A DNA stretch of 64,000 bases from Octopus vulgaris (Eukaryota), in NCBI GenBank assembly GCA_951406725.2, contig OX597823.1:53568001-53632000 (forward strand), read 5' to 3'. The position numbers and the translations under genes are program-made. The notes beneath the pieces are model-generated. The model had not been told where the DNA came from, made no database searches, and saw nothing but the letters and a program-made list of their open reading frames with translations. This document shows, in pieces, positions 12,029-25,563 of the stretch. The first letter of the stretch is position 1. Each line of letters begins with the position of its first letter.

Positions 12029-12670
12029 AGGCACAGATATGGCTGTGTAGTTAAAAACCTCGCCTTGCAATCATGTGGTTTTAAGTTCAGTCCCACGGCG
12101 CAGTACCTTCTTCTTTCGCTTCAGTGTGACCCTTTCCTTCTGAGTAAATTCGAGAGACGGAAACTGTGTGGAAGCCCGTCATATATATGTGTATAAATAT
12201 ATATATGAATATATGTGTGCTTGTGTTTTATACTGCTTGACAGCCAGTGTTAATTTGTTTATGTCTCTGTGATCTAGCGTTTCGGTAAAAAATAACCAAT
12301 GAAATAAATAACAAACTAAAAAATAAGAACTAGGGTAATTTTTTTTTTGACTAAAGCAGTGGTTCTCAACCATTTTTTCTTTTTACCTATGGATCCGTTT
12401 TATTCCTATTTTACCCTATGGGATTCCCATAGCCATTCGATATTTAAATAAAATCCTTTTCTATTTTTATAAGTAAATATTACTAGGCATTGTATAAAAA
12501 ATTGTATAAGTATTTTGTAAATAGTAGAACTATAACTAATTTTATTGTGCATAAATTTTAACAAAATCTTACATAGAACCCCAAAGGGCCATATGGACCC
12601 CGGTTAGGAACCACTGTGCCTCAGTATGGGCATAGTACTATGAATGAATCTAGTGAAAGACACAAAATAA
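12029..12670 (+). mobile_element. SINE family B (tRNA head, CORE-like segment, internal TA/TG microsatellite, 3' module) interrupted by a MITE
   Basis: Head tggctgtgtagttaa..gttcagtcccac, then gacggaaactg..gaagcccgtc, a microsatellite, and a 3' module homologous to 31210-31410. Confidence 0.8.
12357..12616 (-). mobile_element. non-autonomous Buster-hAT MITE derived from the 4113-7773 family
   Basis: TIRs cagtggttctcaacc and ggttaggaaccactg; first ~200 bp align to the reverse complement of 7575-7773; other end matches 4113-4138 at 18/26. Confidence 0.85.
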
Positions 12671-13200
12671 AGGCTCACTTTTATTGTGGTTTCTATGTTT
12701 TCCAAACAACTGCTTCTACTGCGAATTAGGCCCCACAAATAATAGAAACTACAACTGCTTCTAGAGGACCCTTACTCGTATTTAAACGAGTAAATTTCAT
12801 AAATGTTGCTAATGCTCTCTACTTTTTAGTACACATTACATTTGGTAGGAGTCAGCCTGTAAATGGTGCTCCCACTAGACCACCAAATGGGATTCGTGCC
12901 AACTCTATTTTTTGTACATTGAATAACTCGCCATCCCACTTTCATAGTAACAGAATCTTCTCTTCGCTCATAAAATGTTTGTCATTATTAGGTTTACTTT
13001 TAAGATCTTTGCATTCTAGTCTTTGCTTCCACGTTCTGTAGCTGTCCACCTGATTCAGTAATGGGAACAAGGTCCACCACCTCTATTTTGATAGCCACAG
13101 AATCCTCTCTTAATTCCACAGACTTTTGTCTAGGTTAGCCTTACTTTAAGACATCTGAATTCTAGTATTTGCTTCCGTGTTCTTTGGTTGTTCACTAGAA
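12670..13200 (-). mobile_element. highly decayed RTE LINE RT fragments, two overlapping pieces
   Basis: Minus-strand RTWKQRLECKDLK/VNL and RKQILEFRCLKVRLT*TKV resemble the RTE motif WK..LE.KGLRVN..KTKV; direct repeat 12950-13037 vs 13097-13183. Confidence 0.55.
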
Positions 13201-13904
13201 TTGATTATAAGAACCAGGTCATCGCCATACAGATTCTCCTACTTGCGTCACGTTTTAAACTGCTCTCCTATGGTAACCAAGTCTTGAGAAAGACACCTAT
13301 CAACACGATTATTTTTCTGCAAAACTCCATGCTCACTCTTATCTCACTGACTGCATTTTCTGTACATGACTTTCTCTGGCTTTCGTTCGCCATTTCATCA
13401 TCAGTCAGTTTTCTTAACGATCCCAGAGTCACAGAGCGTGATAGCTTGTCAACGCCTTTCAAATGTTCTTTATGTTCCGTCAAGGTCAACTTTGTTTTTG
13501 ATCCTTCCAGAGTTGATAAAGTAAAATATACTACCAGTCAAGTATTGAGGTCGAAGTTATTGATTAACTCGCTCTCCTCAAAATTACTGGCCTTCTGCTG
13601 AAATTCGAAACCGTTCTTCTTCTTCTTCATCTTCTTTTTCTTCTACCCCCATCTCCCAAAATTCCAGGCGTCGTGCCTTTAGTAGAAAGGATTTTTACCA
13701 TTATTATTATTATTTATACATATACATACAGACGTTTATGATACGTGATTTTAAATACATCATAAAAACAATTAACAATCAGTGAATAAAGGACCCAATA
13801 CATGTAGATGGTGTATTATCCATTATAATTTAGATCCACTCATATGCGTATGCATGTGTGTGTGCGCGCGCGTGTGTGTATATGTATGCATGTATGTATG
13901 TATG

Positions 13905-13964
<60 letters not shown>

Positions 13965-14461
13965 TATACACAGATATACACATACAAACGTACATACATT
14001 CCAGGGTTTCACAATTTGAGGTTCCAGGTTTGAAAACATGCTCACAGTCGCACGCACACACGCGTGCACCCTTAAGTAGTAATTCAGTTAGTGTGCATGT
14101 ACTAAAGTGACATTCACACTAACTGAATGAGTGCAAGTTTATCTATGCACACACACACACACATACATACATACATACATACATACATACATACATACAT
14201 ACATACATACATACATACATACACGCATGCACACATAGCACACACATGCACATATATGTACACACCAACCAATTCGAATAACTACAAACTACAAGAGCTG
14301 TCTTGATTCAACAGAAGTGCTTTATCATTTTCTTAACGACCAACTTGAATTCTGCAGAGGGAAAAAATCTTAAACAAATCCCTAAGAATTATACATGTGT
14401 CCATCCACAAACACAAATGCATAGATCGATGTACACACACACACGCATGTATATATTGTAT

Positions 14462-14521
<60 letters not shown>

Positions 14522-15399
14522 CTTTCGTTCATCCTCTACAATATGTTTGCGTTGGTCGTTTTTTTGAAAGAGTTAACCGAATAATGAAAGAGAAAAGATA
14601 CATGACAAAGTCTCCAATATAACTTGTCCAGACAGAACCAGGTTTACTGCGAGCAGTTGTCATTATACTAGAACACAGGACAAAACGAATTCGTATACAC
14701 ATTCAGTCAACAGAAAAGGCTTTGCCTCTATACATCTATGAATTTTACGAACATACTTGAATATGTGTGCGCGCATGTATCATGTACGCGCGTACGTAAG
14801 TACGTATGTAATATATGTATGTATGCATGCATGCATGAATGCATGTATGTATGTGTGTATGTATGTATGTCATTATTGAGTTCTATTTCAAGATTTCTTG
14901 CCAATAGAGAAAGAGCTGGTTTCTAACCTAGATCCAAAGCTCTTTGAATGGAATTGAAAACACTTGCCTAAGGTGCTGCACAGTGGGATTGAACCTGGAA
15001 CTATAGGGTTGGGAAGCAAGCTTTTTACCACACAGCCACTCCTGTGACTCCTAATATTATAGATTTATATTTAACAAGCGATTTCGGGGCACATATTAGA
15101 AGACCGGATGTTAGATAACAGGACAGTAAACCAAAACCTTATACTCCTCAGTGATTGCAGGTACTGAAAAAATATACAAAAGCAATTAGTAAAATGGATC
15201 TATAATGATGTAGGTAGACTTGGATTAATATGCATACACTGTTGATAAATATAAGAGTGCCTATTTTTTCTGACTTGTGGATTTTTTGTGACTTCTTATA
15301 CACACACACACACACACACACAGAGGCAAATCAAAAATAAAAACAGAAAAAACAATAAAAGTCAAAAGGATGTTCGATTGTCACTCAAAGAATGTTTAA

Positions 15400-16075
15400 G
15401 ATGGTTATTGTTATCAATTGTTTACTGATATCAACCAGATTATGTTATTAAAATTAGTGAGTCCCAGACTCTTTACTCCCTTAATGTTATCAGTTGTTGT
15501 TCTTATCAGCTGTGTATTGTTATCAAAATCAGTAGGTCCCAGACAAATTATTTTGTTATATGTTATCAGCTAGCTGTTGTTATTGATTGGTTATTGTTAT
15601 CAAAATTAGTAGGTCTCATACACTCTTTATTTTGTTCAATGTTATCAGTTGCTTATTGTTATCAGCTATTTATTAATATTATCGATCTGCTGAAGGTGGT
15701 GAGTTGGCAGAATCGTTAACCTACAAGGCAAAATGTTTAGCAACATCTTATCTGTCTTTATGTTCTGAGTTCAAATTCCACCAAGGTCAGCTTTGCCTTT
15801 CATTCTTTCAGAGTTGATAAAATAAGTACCAGTTGAGTATTGGGGTCAATGTAATCAACTAGCCCCTTCCCTTGAAATTGCTGGCCTTGTGCCAAAATTG
15901 GAAATAAAAATTAGTGGTTATCCCAAACTCATTATTTTGCTCTGTGTCATCAGTTGGTTATTGTTAACTGCTAGTTATTATTATTAATAGTATTGATCTG
16001 CTATTGTTATCAAGTGCTTATTATCAAAATGAATGGGTCCCAAACTCTTTATTTACTTAGCATTATCAGTTGATA
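15400..16075. repeat. degenerate ~75-80-bp minisatellite rich in TTATCA, interrupted by a SINE
   Basis: ttatcaaaattagtaggtcccagac-like anchors at about 15445, 15520, 15597, 15905 and 16021. Confidence 0.7.
15694..15905 (+). mobile_element. SINE family A, near full length
   Basis: ggtggtgagttggcagaatcgtt..gagttcaaattcc..gcctttcattctttcagagttgataaaataagtaccag. Confidence 0.85.
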
Positions 16076-16797
16076 ACCATCACACGGGTGGGGAAAGGCA
16101 TCATTCCAGAAATGACTGCAAGTGAATATACTAACTACATTGCCTTTCGCTTGTTCCTTTTGTAAGGACAAAAAAAAAATAATAATAAAAACCTCGTGAC
16201 TGAGAGTCAAAGATCGTGTCCCACATTCTGTTCCCAATGAATCAATGCCACAACATGCCTTCTTCAATTGGTGACTGATACCATTTCTTTGCTGTTACCA
16301 ACACAGATAATATCATTAAGACCTTTTGTGAAAGCTTAAATGTTACAACATCCAATTTCTCTTCCCCATGTGCTTATCCAAAAGAAAATGTATTTATGCC
16401 TTATTGTGATACTTAACATTTCATTATTCCTTAGTTTTTTAATTCTTCTTTTTCTTTCTATAATTTTTCTTCTCTTTATTATTATTATGATTATGATTAT
16501 TATTATTGTCATTGTTGTTATTTTTATTATTAGTATTATTATTATTATTACTATTTTTGTTGTTGTTGTTATAGCTCCTTTGTTGGTCGGTTTCCTCTTG
16601 CTCTGAATAGCTAGCTGCCCCCTTAAAGTTAAGCCAATTGACCTATATCAAATTCTTTTTTTTTTTTGGTTTTTAATATACATACATACGTACATGTATC
16701 ATTTGTCACTACTGTTGTAGTCCATATGTGGTTGCATGTTCCATGTGTGTGTGTGTATACATATATACATATATGTATGTGTGTATACACACACACA

Positions 16798-16834
<37 letters not shown>

Positions 16835-17185
16835 GAAAGAGAGAGAGGGAGAGGGACCGAGAGATATATGGATATACATATACAAATACACACAGATATA
16901 CATACAGAGAGAGTGAGAGAGAGAGACAGATGATATACATATACAAAAACTTATACATATACATATATATATATATACACACACACATATACATATATAT
17001 ATACAGAGAGAAAGAGAGAGATATATAGATATACTTATACATGTATAGATACACACACTCACATATACATATATATATGCATACATAGATATTTATGCAT
17101 TTCTATACACACACACACGTGTGTGTAGTCTTTAGTTGTGGATGCATTAGTGAATACTATGGTGTAATACACATAGTGATGATAA

Positions 17186-17375
17186 TGGTTTCAAGTTTTG
17201 CCACAAGGCTACCAATTTCAGGAGAGCAGGCTTAGTCAATTACATTGACCCCAGTATTCAACTGGTACTTATTTTATCAACCACAAGAGGATGAAAGTCA
17301 ATGATAAAAAAAACAGCCAAAATGCCGCTAAACATTTTGCTCAATATTCCAATGATTCTGCCTGCTTGTCACCTT
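17186..17375 (-). mobile_element. SINE family A
   Basis: Reverse core ctggtacttattttatcaacc..ggatgaaag. Confidence 0.75.
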
Positions 17376-18085
17376 AATAATAATGAGGATTTCATGTATT
17401 TGCCACAAAGGTGAAGGATGAGGAGCACAATACAAAGATAGACATAAAGTGTTACAATTTACATATAATGAAATGATAAAAAAAAAAACAAGTAAGTATA
17501 TGCAGTATACACTGAAAAAGAAGGGACATAGCATACAAAGATTAAAAAAAAATTTTTTTAAGTGGCAGGGTGGATGATAGAGATGTGGCTCTTCTAATAC
17601 AGGAAAGTCTCTAGAGATAATCAAGGAACCCCACTGTCCAAGATTTCTCTGAACCCCAAGAGCAAGTGTGCCCTCTCCGATTCCTTCTCTCCAACTCACA
17701 GGTCTACACTTAGAGAGGTACCATCCACTTTTGCCATGTTCCCAACTTTCACCCAGCTTTCAATAAACTCACTCGCAGACAGCACTTCCCTCTCCACTCT
17801 CAATTTCCTTTTCATGAGAAACTTGAAGAAGTTAATGAGAGCTCTACCAAAGAGGAACGTGTCTGTCCTCATGCTTTTCAGCCTTGTCCACCAAACAACC
17901 TCTTTCGTCACAAAGAAAACTGCTTTGCCTGCTCGATTGAAGGATGGCAGTGGGGCGATCATCACTACAGACTTGACTGACAGTCAGATCTATCCCACAC
18001 ATGACAGCAACTGTTCGACATAACCCCACAAATCAGCAATGCCCAAGCATTGAACAAGGGCATGCAGAATAGTTTCATCACTCTG
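17376..18085 (-). mobile_element. L1/Tx1-clade LINE 3' end (ORF2 C-terminus and 3' UTR)
   Basis: ETILHALVQC zinc-knuckle end, then KEVVWWTRLK..FFKFLMKRKLRVEREVLS..FIESWVKV..SVDL* (stop at 17696), followed by a T-rich UTR. Confidence 0.75.
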
Positions 18086-18109
18086 GGGTTCAACAATAAT
18101 AATAGTAAT

Positions 18110-18530
18110 GATTTCAAATATTAGCACAAGGGCAGCAATTTCAGGAGAGGGTATAAGTCGATTACATCAACACCCCAAAAGGTTGAAAGACAAAGTCAAC
18201 CTCAGCAGAATCTGAATTTGGGACAAAAAAAATAGTCAAAATGTTGCGAACCATTTTGTCCAACATGCTAGTGGTTCTGTCACCTTACCACCTTAATAAT
18301 AATAATAATAATAACAACATCAACTTCAACTATAATAATCCTTACTACTAAAGACACAGGGCTAGAAATTTGAGTGTAGGGGACTAGCTGATAACATCAA
18401 CTCTAGTATCTAACTGGTACTTATTTTATCGACTCCAAAAGGATGAAAAGCAGAGTTGACCTCAGTGGAATTTGATCTCATGCCACTAAGCATTTTTCCT
18501 GCCATGCTACCAGTTCTTCCAGCTCACCAT
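18110..18530 (-). mobile_element. two adjacent SINE family A copies
   Basis: Reverse cores at about 18180-18215 and 18412-18475, with (AAT)n tails. Confidence 0.75.
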
Positions 18531-18864
18531 GTTAATAATAACAACAACAACAACAATAATATTAATTATAATAATTATAATAATAACAATAGTAATAATG
18601 GTAGTGATAAACTCTTAAAAAAAACAGCAGCAGCAGTAGTATAGAGCGCAAGCAGTGTTGGCGGTCAAGTTGTTTTGGGGGCTGTTGACAGGAACTGGCA
18701 AAAAAAGTGTTTTACTGCTGATAGCTGCAGCAATAGTCCCGCTCATGTGCATGGATTATTTTTATACCGTCATATCTATGTCTTCACAAAAATTCATATC
18801 GCTCCCTCTCACCGCTTCTCTTTCTCTCCTCTGTATCCCTTTCTGATTCTACTCCTCTTGCAGC

Positions 18865-18873
18865 TAACACACA

Positions 18874-18911
<38 letters not shown>

Positions 18912-19027
18912 CATATACATACACAAACCACATACAATCACCAGACACACATCAACAAATCTATACACACATATATGAGTGTCTGTATATATAAAAAAAT
19001 GTATGTATATATATATATGTGTATATA

Positions 19028-19081
<54 letters not shown>

Positions 19082-19239
19082 TGCATACTTACAGATTATA
19101 TATGTATACATGCATGCGTGTGTTTGTATATGTATGTGTATGTATATGCATATGTAGGTATGTATGTGTATATATATATATATATATACATATATACACA
19201 CACATTTATAAACATGTACAAAATAAAAAATTCAATATA

Positions 19240-19330
<91 letters not shown>

Positions 19331-19360
19331 GTATGTATATATATATATATATATGTATGC

Positions 19361-19405
<45 letters not shown>

Positions 19406-20061
19406 TATATGCACACACACACATATACTTTATATATATATATAAGCACACACACACAAATGCATGAGTGTGCACACACACATTCCAAAACTTAATACGC
19501 ATTTTCTTTTTAAACTACTTAAACCCAAGTTCCTTGGTTCTTACATTCTTTTATTTCTGATTGCCCCTCACCCATCCTGTCAATTATTTTACTCTTTCCG
19601 TCCTTCTACTTCTCCCTCCTTGCATTCATAATCACTCCCCCGCTCCCGCACAAAGAAACTTTTTCTTTTTTTTCTTTCAATTTTTTTTTTAGTTTTCTTT
19701 CTTTTTGTTTTGTCTTTGTCTTTTGTTTTTTTCGGTATGTATTTATTCTTTTAATTGTGTAGTCTGTGTTTATTGCAAATGCTTTGCTGTTCGTAAATTT
19801 TCTAAGGTAAGGACATTATGATATTTCCCATGCGCATGTACCCCTTGTGCATACCTGTCTCTTTCGCACACATCAATGCAAATATACAGACATGTATGCA
19901 CATGCAGGTACGCTATGCAAAAAGACACACACACACAAACACATGCATTAATATACATACACCTAAACTAGCGACTAATTAAAAAAATACTAATTCCTTT
20001 TTACAAAGTACAATGTCAATAAAACCAGAAGGTGGTCTAGCATTTGGAGTATGTTTGTGTG

Positions 20062-20097
<36 letters not shown>

Positions 20098-20129
20098 GTG
20101 TGTGGTGTATGTGTATGTATGTATATGTA

Positions 20130-20190
<61 letters not shown>

Positions 20191-20837
20191 TGTGTGTGTT
20201 TGTATATATATTATATTACATATAGATATATATATATATATATATTATATTACATATATATGTATCTACATACATAAATATATGCATGCATACATACATA
20301 TAAAAACATATACATACATACATACACATACACACAAATACACATACACATACACACACACACGCATGCACACACACACACACACCTTATCTTCTGTACT
20401 CTGTTTAATAAATGTATGCAATTAGTTCTTAAGTATTCACTCTATAAATTGCTGTTGTGCACCTCCAGGTAAACACTGATCAAACACACCTATAGCAAAA
20501 AAGATAGTAATCATGGCAAACTTGTCATAAAGACTGTATCATCTTATTATATATATCCTTTCTGTATTTAAAACGGTTATGATTTTGATTTGAGTGAGAT
20601 TTCGTTATTATTTTTAGCAGGTCATTTAACTGCATTGGCTACTACTCCCTTATATAACATATTGTTAGTTTCAAGCTGTAGGTCAGCTCTTATCAAGCAG
20701 GCCTACATATATGTAGGAGCAAAATTTGCTTAGTGGATGCAAACTTCAGGTCCAAAACTTTTTATGAACATAGTCTATATTTTTTCAATCCTAATATCAA
20801 ATCAAACATAACTACAATAATGATGATGATGATGATA

Positions 20838-20869
<32 letters not shown>

Positions 20870-20870
20870 G

Positions 20871-20911
<41 letters not shown>

Positions 20912-21030
20912 TAAATATTATCATTATCATTATTATAATTATTATCATTATTATTATTATTATTATTATTATCATTATTATAATCATTATTATTATCATT
21001 ATTATTATCGTTATTATTATTATTATTTTT
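18865..21030. repeat. clusters of (CA)n, (TA)n, (GAT)n and (AAT)/(ATT)n microsatellites
   Basis: Direct inspection. Confidence 0.85.
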
Positions 21031-21444
21031 ATTCAGTGGTCTTATTTTTATCACATGCTTTCACTTCCCTACCAAGCGCAGCTCTGTGCCTTGGGTATGT
21101 GCTGTGGTTTGTTGTGATGCTCTTATTGTTACTGTATTGAAAGTGTTTTACGTAGGATGTGTGCAGTGCCTAGTAGTGCTATTTTCTGAATGTTATATAT
21201 ATTTGTTAGTCCTGGTGTTTTTGTTATGCATTTATATTATTATTATTATTATTATTACATTTGTACATCAATCAAATCAGATAAATCTAATAATGGTAAA
21301 ATAATGATTTAAATCAGTCCAAAAACACTTCTACACTTGTTCGTTTTGGTGATGGAGTTTTTCAGGATGTTCAAAGCATTTTCATTGCTCCACCAAAAAT
21401 TTTAGGATTAGTGTTTGCACTTCCTGCATCCTGTGCTACCATGC

Positions 21445-21605
21445 CTAAGCAGACCTGTAATCAAAAGTGCTTCAGCTGTGACCACCCTTGTCTTTTTGAC
21501 CCCAGAATACAATATCCAATACATCCTTTCTTTTTAAGGCTGTAGGATGCAATTTGAGGAAAATTTGGCTTCTGTTTTTAGCAGGTAGAGTTACAACATA
21601 TCGTA
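21445..21605 (+). repeat. unclassified interspersed repeat E
   Basis: Motif gatttgagggagatttggctgctatttctagcagg recurs at about 20585, 21545, 23620, 34225 and 51945, and reversed at about 47300 and 57315. Confidence 0.6.
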
Positions 21606-21904
21606 GGTTTGAAATGCATTAAATGTGCAAAATAATATTGGAAGATATAAGAATTTCTAAATACGCTTATTTAAAAAATGACACATAGAAACAAGTTTAT
21701 ATAAGAGTGTATATCTATAATTATGTTATGTACAGGCATATATGCATTCATATAACAATATATATACTCATACTGACATTCGCACACATACACAAACAAA
21801 TACACACACACATGCATAATTCTTATTTTGAAGTGTTGGATCATGAAGAGATCAAGCTATAGATAATAGCATGTAAATATTGAGTTATAGCTTTATCTGC
21901 TTCA

Positions 21905-22408
21905 AGCTCACCAGGGTGTCTGAAAGAAAATTATTTTCAAAGTGAAAAAATGTGCTTTTTCTTAATGTCAATGGAAAAGAGAAGGAAAGAAGAAAGAAAG
22001 AAGAAAAAATATGTTTATACCTATACAGCTGGTCAATTCTTTCAATAGAAGATGACAAGTTGATTCTTGGTCTGTAAAAGTGCAAGATCAGGTGGTTACT
22101 CTAAGGGGTTTTGTTTTGATGAGGAATGATGAAAGTTATTTTTCAGACAATATTTTTAAAAAAATAACTTTCATCATTCCTCATCAAAACAGACCCCCTT
22201 AGAGTAACCACCTGATCTTGCATTTTTACAGACCAAGAATCAACTTGTCATCTTCTATTGAAAGAACTGACCAACTGTATAGATATAAACATATTTTTTC
22301 TTCTTTCTTTCTTTCTTCTTTCCTTTCTTTCCTTCTCTTTTCCATTGACATTAAGAAAAAACACATTTTTTCACTTTGAAAACATTTTTCTTTCAGACCT
22401 GGTGAGCT
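21905..22408. repeat. long near-perfect palindrome (foldback), ~240-250-bp arms with a 14-bp spacer
   Basis: Left arm agctcaccagg...gaaagttattttt (21905-22143) is the reverse complement of the right arm aaaaaaataactttc...cctggtgagct (22158-22408). Confidence 0.95.
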
Positions 22409-22867
22409 GGCTGGACAAAAGTAAGCATTTGTTCTAGCCACCAACTTAAAAATTTCCTTTCCTTTTCCCTTTGTCTTTTGTTCAAAACGCTTCCTTTCAG
22501 ATACGCAGGCACACACACACACAAATACACACTCTCTCTCACCTTCTCCCTCCACTATCTCCCCATTCCTCTTCCTCTCTTCCTACCCTATACACTCCAC
22601 ATTACTCTTCTTTCCCCCCACTTTTTCTCCACCCCAACCCATTCACTAAAACAATAAAAAGAGAAGAATCCCTTCACAAAATTTTAATCTGAAGAATCTA
22701 TTAGAGTAGATGAAAGCGCTTATATGTGATTTGTAAAGACATGTGACATGTTAATAAATATTCGTATATGTACAACCATCCAGATCTCTGAGTAGCTTAT
22801 TTTTTCTAATATACATACATACATATATATATATATATATGTATGTATGTATGTATATATATATATA

Positions 22868-22917
<50 letters not shown>

Positions 22918-22918
<1 letters not shown>

Positions 22919-23070
22919 GTGGTTGCATGGTAATAAGCTTGCTTACTAACCACATGGTTCCGGGTTCAGTCCCACTGCATAGCACATTTGGCAAGTATAT
23001 TCTACTATGGCCTCAGGCCAATCAAAGCCTTATGAGTGGATTTGGTAGACAGAAACTGAAAGAAACCCAC
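22918..23070 (+). mobile_element. SINE family B head
   Basis: cacatggttccgggttcagtcccactgc..ttggcaagt..gagtggatttggtagacagaaactgaaagaa. Confidence 0.85.
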
Positions 23071-23361
23071 CAAGATTGAATAATGCTGCAACAGACTAAT
23101 ATCCCATCTAGTGGGGAATATATACACTACAGAATCCAGGAAACCAGGCTTATGAGCCTATGGCTCAAGGGTCCTTTGATCCCTTATATATATATATATA
23201 TAAAACACAATATATGTTTTTATGTGCTACTATTAGTTCCCTATGCTGAGAGCATGCCAGATAGTATTTCTTAACATGTCTGGTGTCCTAACATAATCAT
23301 CAGGCACTGCCCCAGAACAGTGCACTATTTATATATCACAGTACACTATATATATACATTC

Positions 23362-23394
<33 letters not shown>

Positions 23395-23424
23395 TGTATG
23401 TATGTATGTATACACACACACAAC

Positions 23425-23573
23425 AGGCTTCTTTCTATTAAATCTACTTAGAAGGTTTTGATCAACCCAGCACTTTTGTAGAAGACACTTGCCCAAGGTG
23501 ACATGCAGTGGAACTGAACCTAGAACCATGTGGTTGGGAAGCAAATATTTTACTACATAGCTATGCATGCACC
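23425..23573 (-). mobile_element. SINE family B head, inverted relative to the 22918 copy
   Basis: gaagacacttgcccaaggtg..gtggaactgaacctagaaccatgtggttggg. Confidence 0.85.
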
Positions 23574-24528
23574 TATACAGCCACACCTGTGCTACTGTCA
23601 TTCTTCTTTCAAGATAGCAGGATGTGATCTGAAGTAGATTTAGCTGCTATATCTTACCACTGCATAGAGTTTCTCTCCTTCTTGACTTGTCTTAAAATCT
23701 AATGGATTCTGCTGCTGATAAAAAAAAAAAAAGGAAAAAATTCAATAGTTGGGGTAAAAACAATAAGAAAAAAAAAAAAGCAAAGAAAATACAAAAACTG
23801 CTTCCAACATGTTGTGGAGTATATGCAAAGAAATGTTTTCCCTTTCATTTCATGCTTTGATTTAAAAATAAAGCATTGTAGCACAGTTTTCATTGAGCAA
23901 AACATTCTTTGAGACTCTAAGAATTCTAATGGAACTCGGCAAGAAGCAAACTATGCTAAAATCGTACATTAGTATGCAATGAGTTTGCCATAGGTGGTGC
24001 TAATTATGTAGTGGTGTTGAATAAATGAATTGATTGCTGAGAGAAAATCGGTATCCTCAGATATTTTCCTTGCTAATCACACACAAACATACAAACACAC
24101 ACACATATATATGCAGTGTGTGTGTGTATGTGTGTCTGTCTGACTGTCTGTCTCTGTCTGTGTGTGGAGGTGGGTGGGGTGGATGGGTGGTTTTGTGTGC
24201 GTTTTCGAGAGAGGTTCTTGTTCTTCATTATACATGTATGGATTTATCTAACGAAACAATTTCTGTGGACTGTAAAGAAAGAGAAAGGTTGTTGTTTCTG
24301 TCACTTATTTTATGCTTTTATTTGTTTATTTCTATTTTATTATTTGTTTATTCTTTTTCTCTCCTTCTATGATTGTATTGATTCCACTATCCACTAACTG
24401 AGTTGGGCCATTTGTATACAGTGTGTGTGTGTGTGTGTGAGTATGTATATATATATATATATATATATGAGTGTGTGTGTGTGTGTACATATATATATAT
24501 ATAGGAATATGTGCTCCCGTTTATCTCC

Positions 24529-24590
<62 letters not shown>

Positions 24591-24904
24591 ACATATATAT
24601 ATATATAGGAATATGTACTCCTGTTTATCTCCATGTATATATGCTTATGCATATATATATATATATGTTTATATATGTATGTATGTATTTGTGTGTGTAT
24701 GTGTATGTGTGTGTGCATATATATATATATACACACACACACACATATATATATATTTATAATGGTATAATGGTATAATGGTGGTGCTCCAGCATGGCCC
24801 AGTCAGATGACTGAAACAAATAAGAGAATAAATATGTGTATATGTGTGTGCATGTATATTTGTGTATTTGTGCGTGTGTCTATATTCTTCTTCTTCTTCT
24901 TCTA

Positions 24905-25283
24905 CCCAACACAGAGTCCCTGTAGCTGCTACAGCCTCATCCCATGCACACACATCAAAAAAACCACAGCTTGGTTTGCTGTGCTCTCTTCAGCATACCA
25001 AGCTCTCCTCAAAGAGGATGTTGGCAAAGAATGGATTGTTTGACTTGTGGAACATGTCCCTTCTACAAGAAGTGGAAAAGCAAATACTCCGTGTCTGGTC
25101 AGGCCGATACTTAGGCCAATAAATGTATTGAAGCTCTCACAAATTTTTGACACCATTTTGCAAACGTCATGATGTCATACGGCGAGATGGTGCGAGAGCG
25201 GTTGCTATGGCATTAAGGTAGATCCAGCCACCCCTGTTAACGGGGACAAGACCGGATTTAAAACACTGGATGATGATGATGAT
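24905..25283 (+). mobile_element. probable LINE 3' end with (GAT)n tail
   Basis: Non-microsatellite, CpG-containing segment ending gaccggatttaaaaacactgGATGATGATGAT; family not identified. Confidence 0.45.
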
Positions 25284-25316
25284 AAACAGCCATGTTTATC
25301 ACAACAATACAAAAAC

Positions 25317-25563
25317 CGGGGAGCTTTCCTGTCTTCATACCCTTAATTGCTTTATCTACCAAGGTACTGTCAATTTGAATAGCTAGTCCCTCTATTGGGT
25401 CGACATTCAGCAGACTCTTTTTCTCCCATTCATTCTCTTTATTGAGCAACCTTTCATAGTGGTGTCTCCAAACCTCTCTCTTTGCATCCTCATGTAATGC
25501 AAGTGAACTGTCCTGTCATCCATGCGGACACATTTCTCTCCTACGATGTCATGATTCTCTCTC
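25317..25563 (-). mobile_element. RTE LINE ORF2 fragment upstream of the RT domain
   Basis: GEKCVRMDD..AKREVWRHHYERLLNKENEW..VDKAIKGMKTGKLPG. Confidence 0.85.

Noticed and set aside
13188-13601. 137-aa ORF in non-microsatellite sequence
   Set aside because: Its 3' part is a SINE-A core and the remainder has no recognisable motif.
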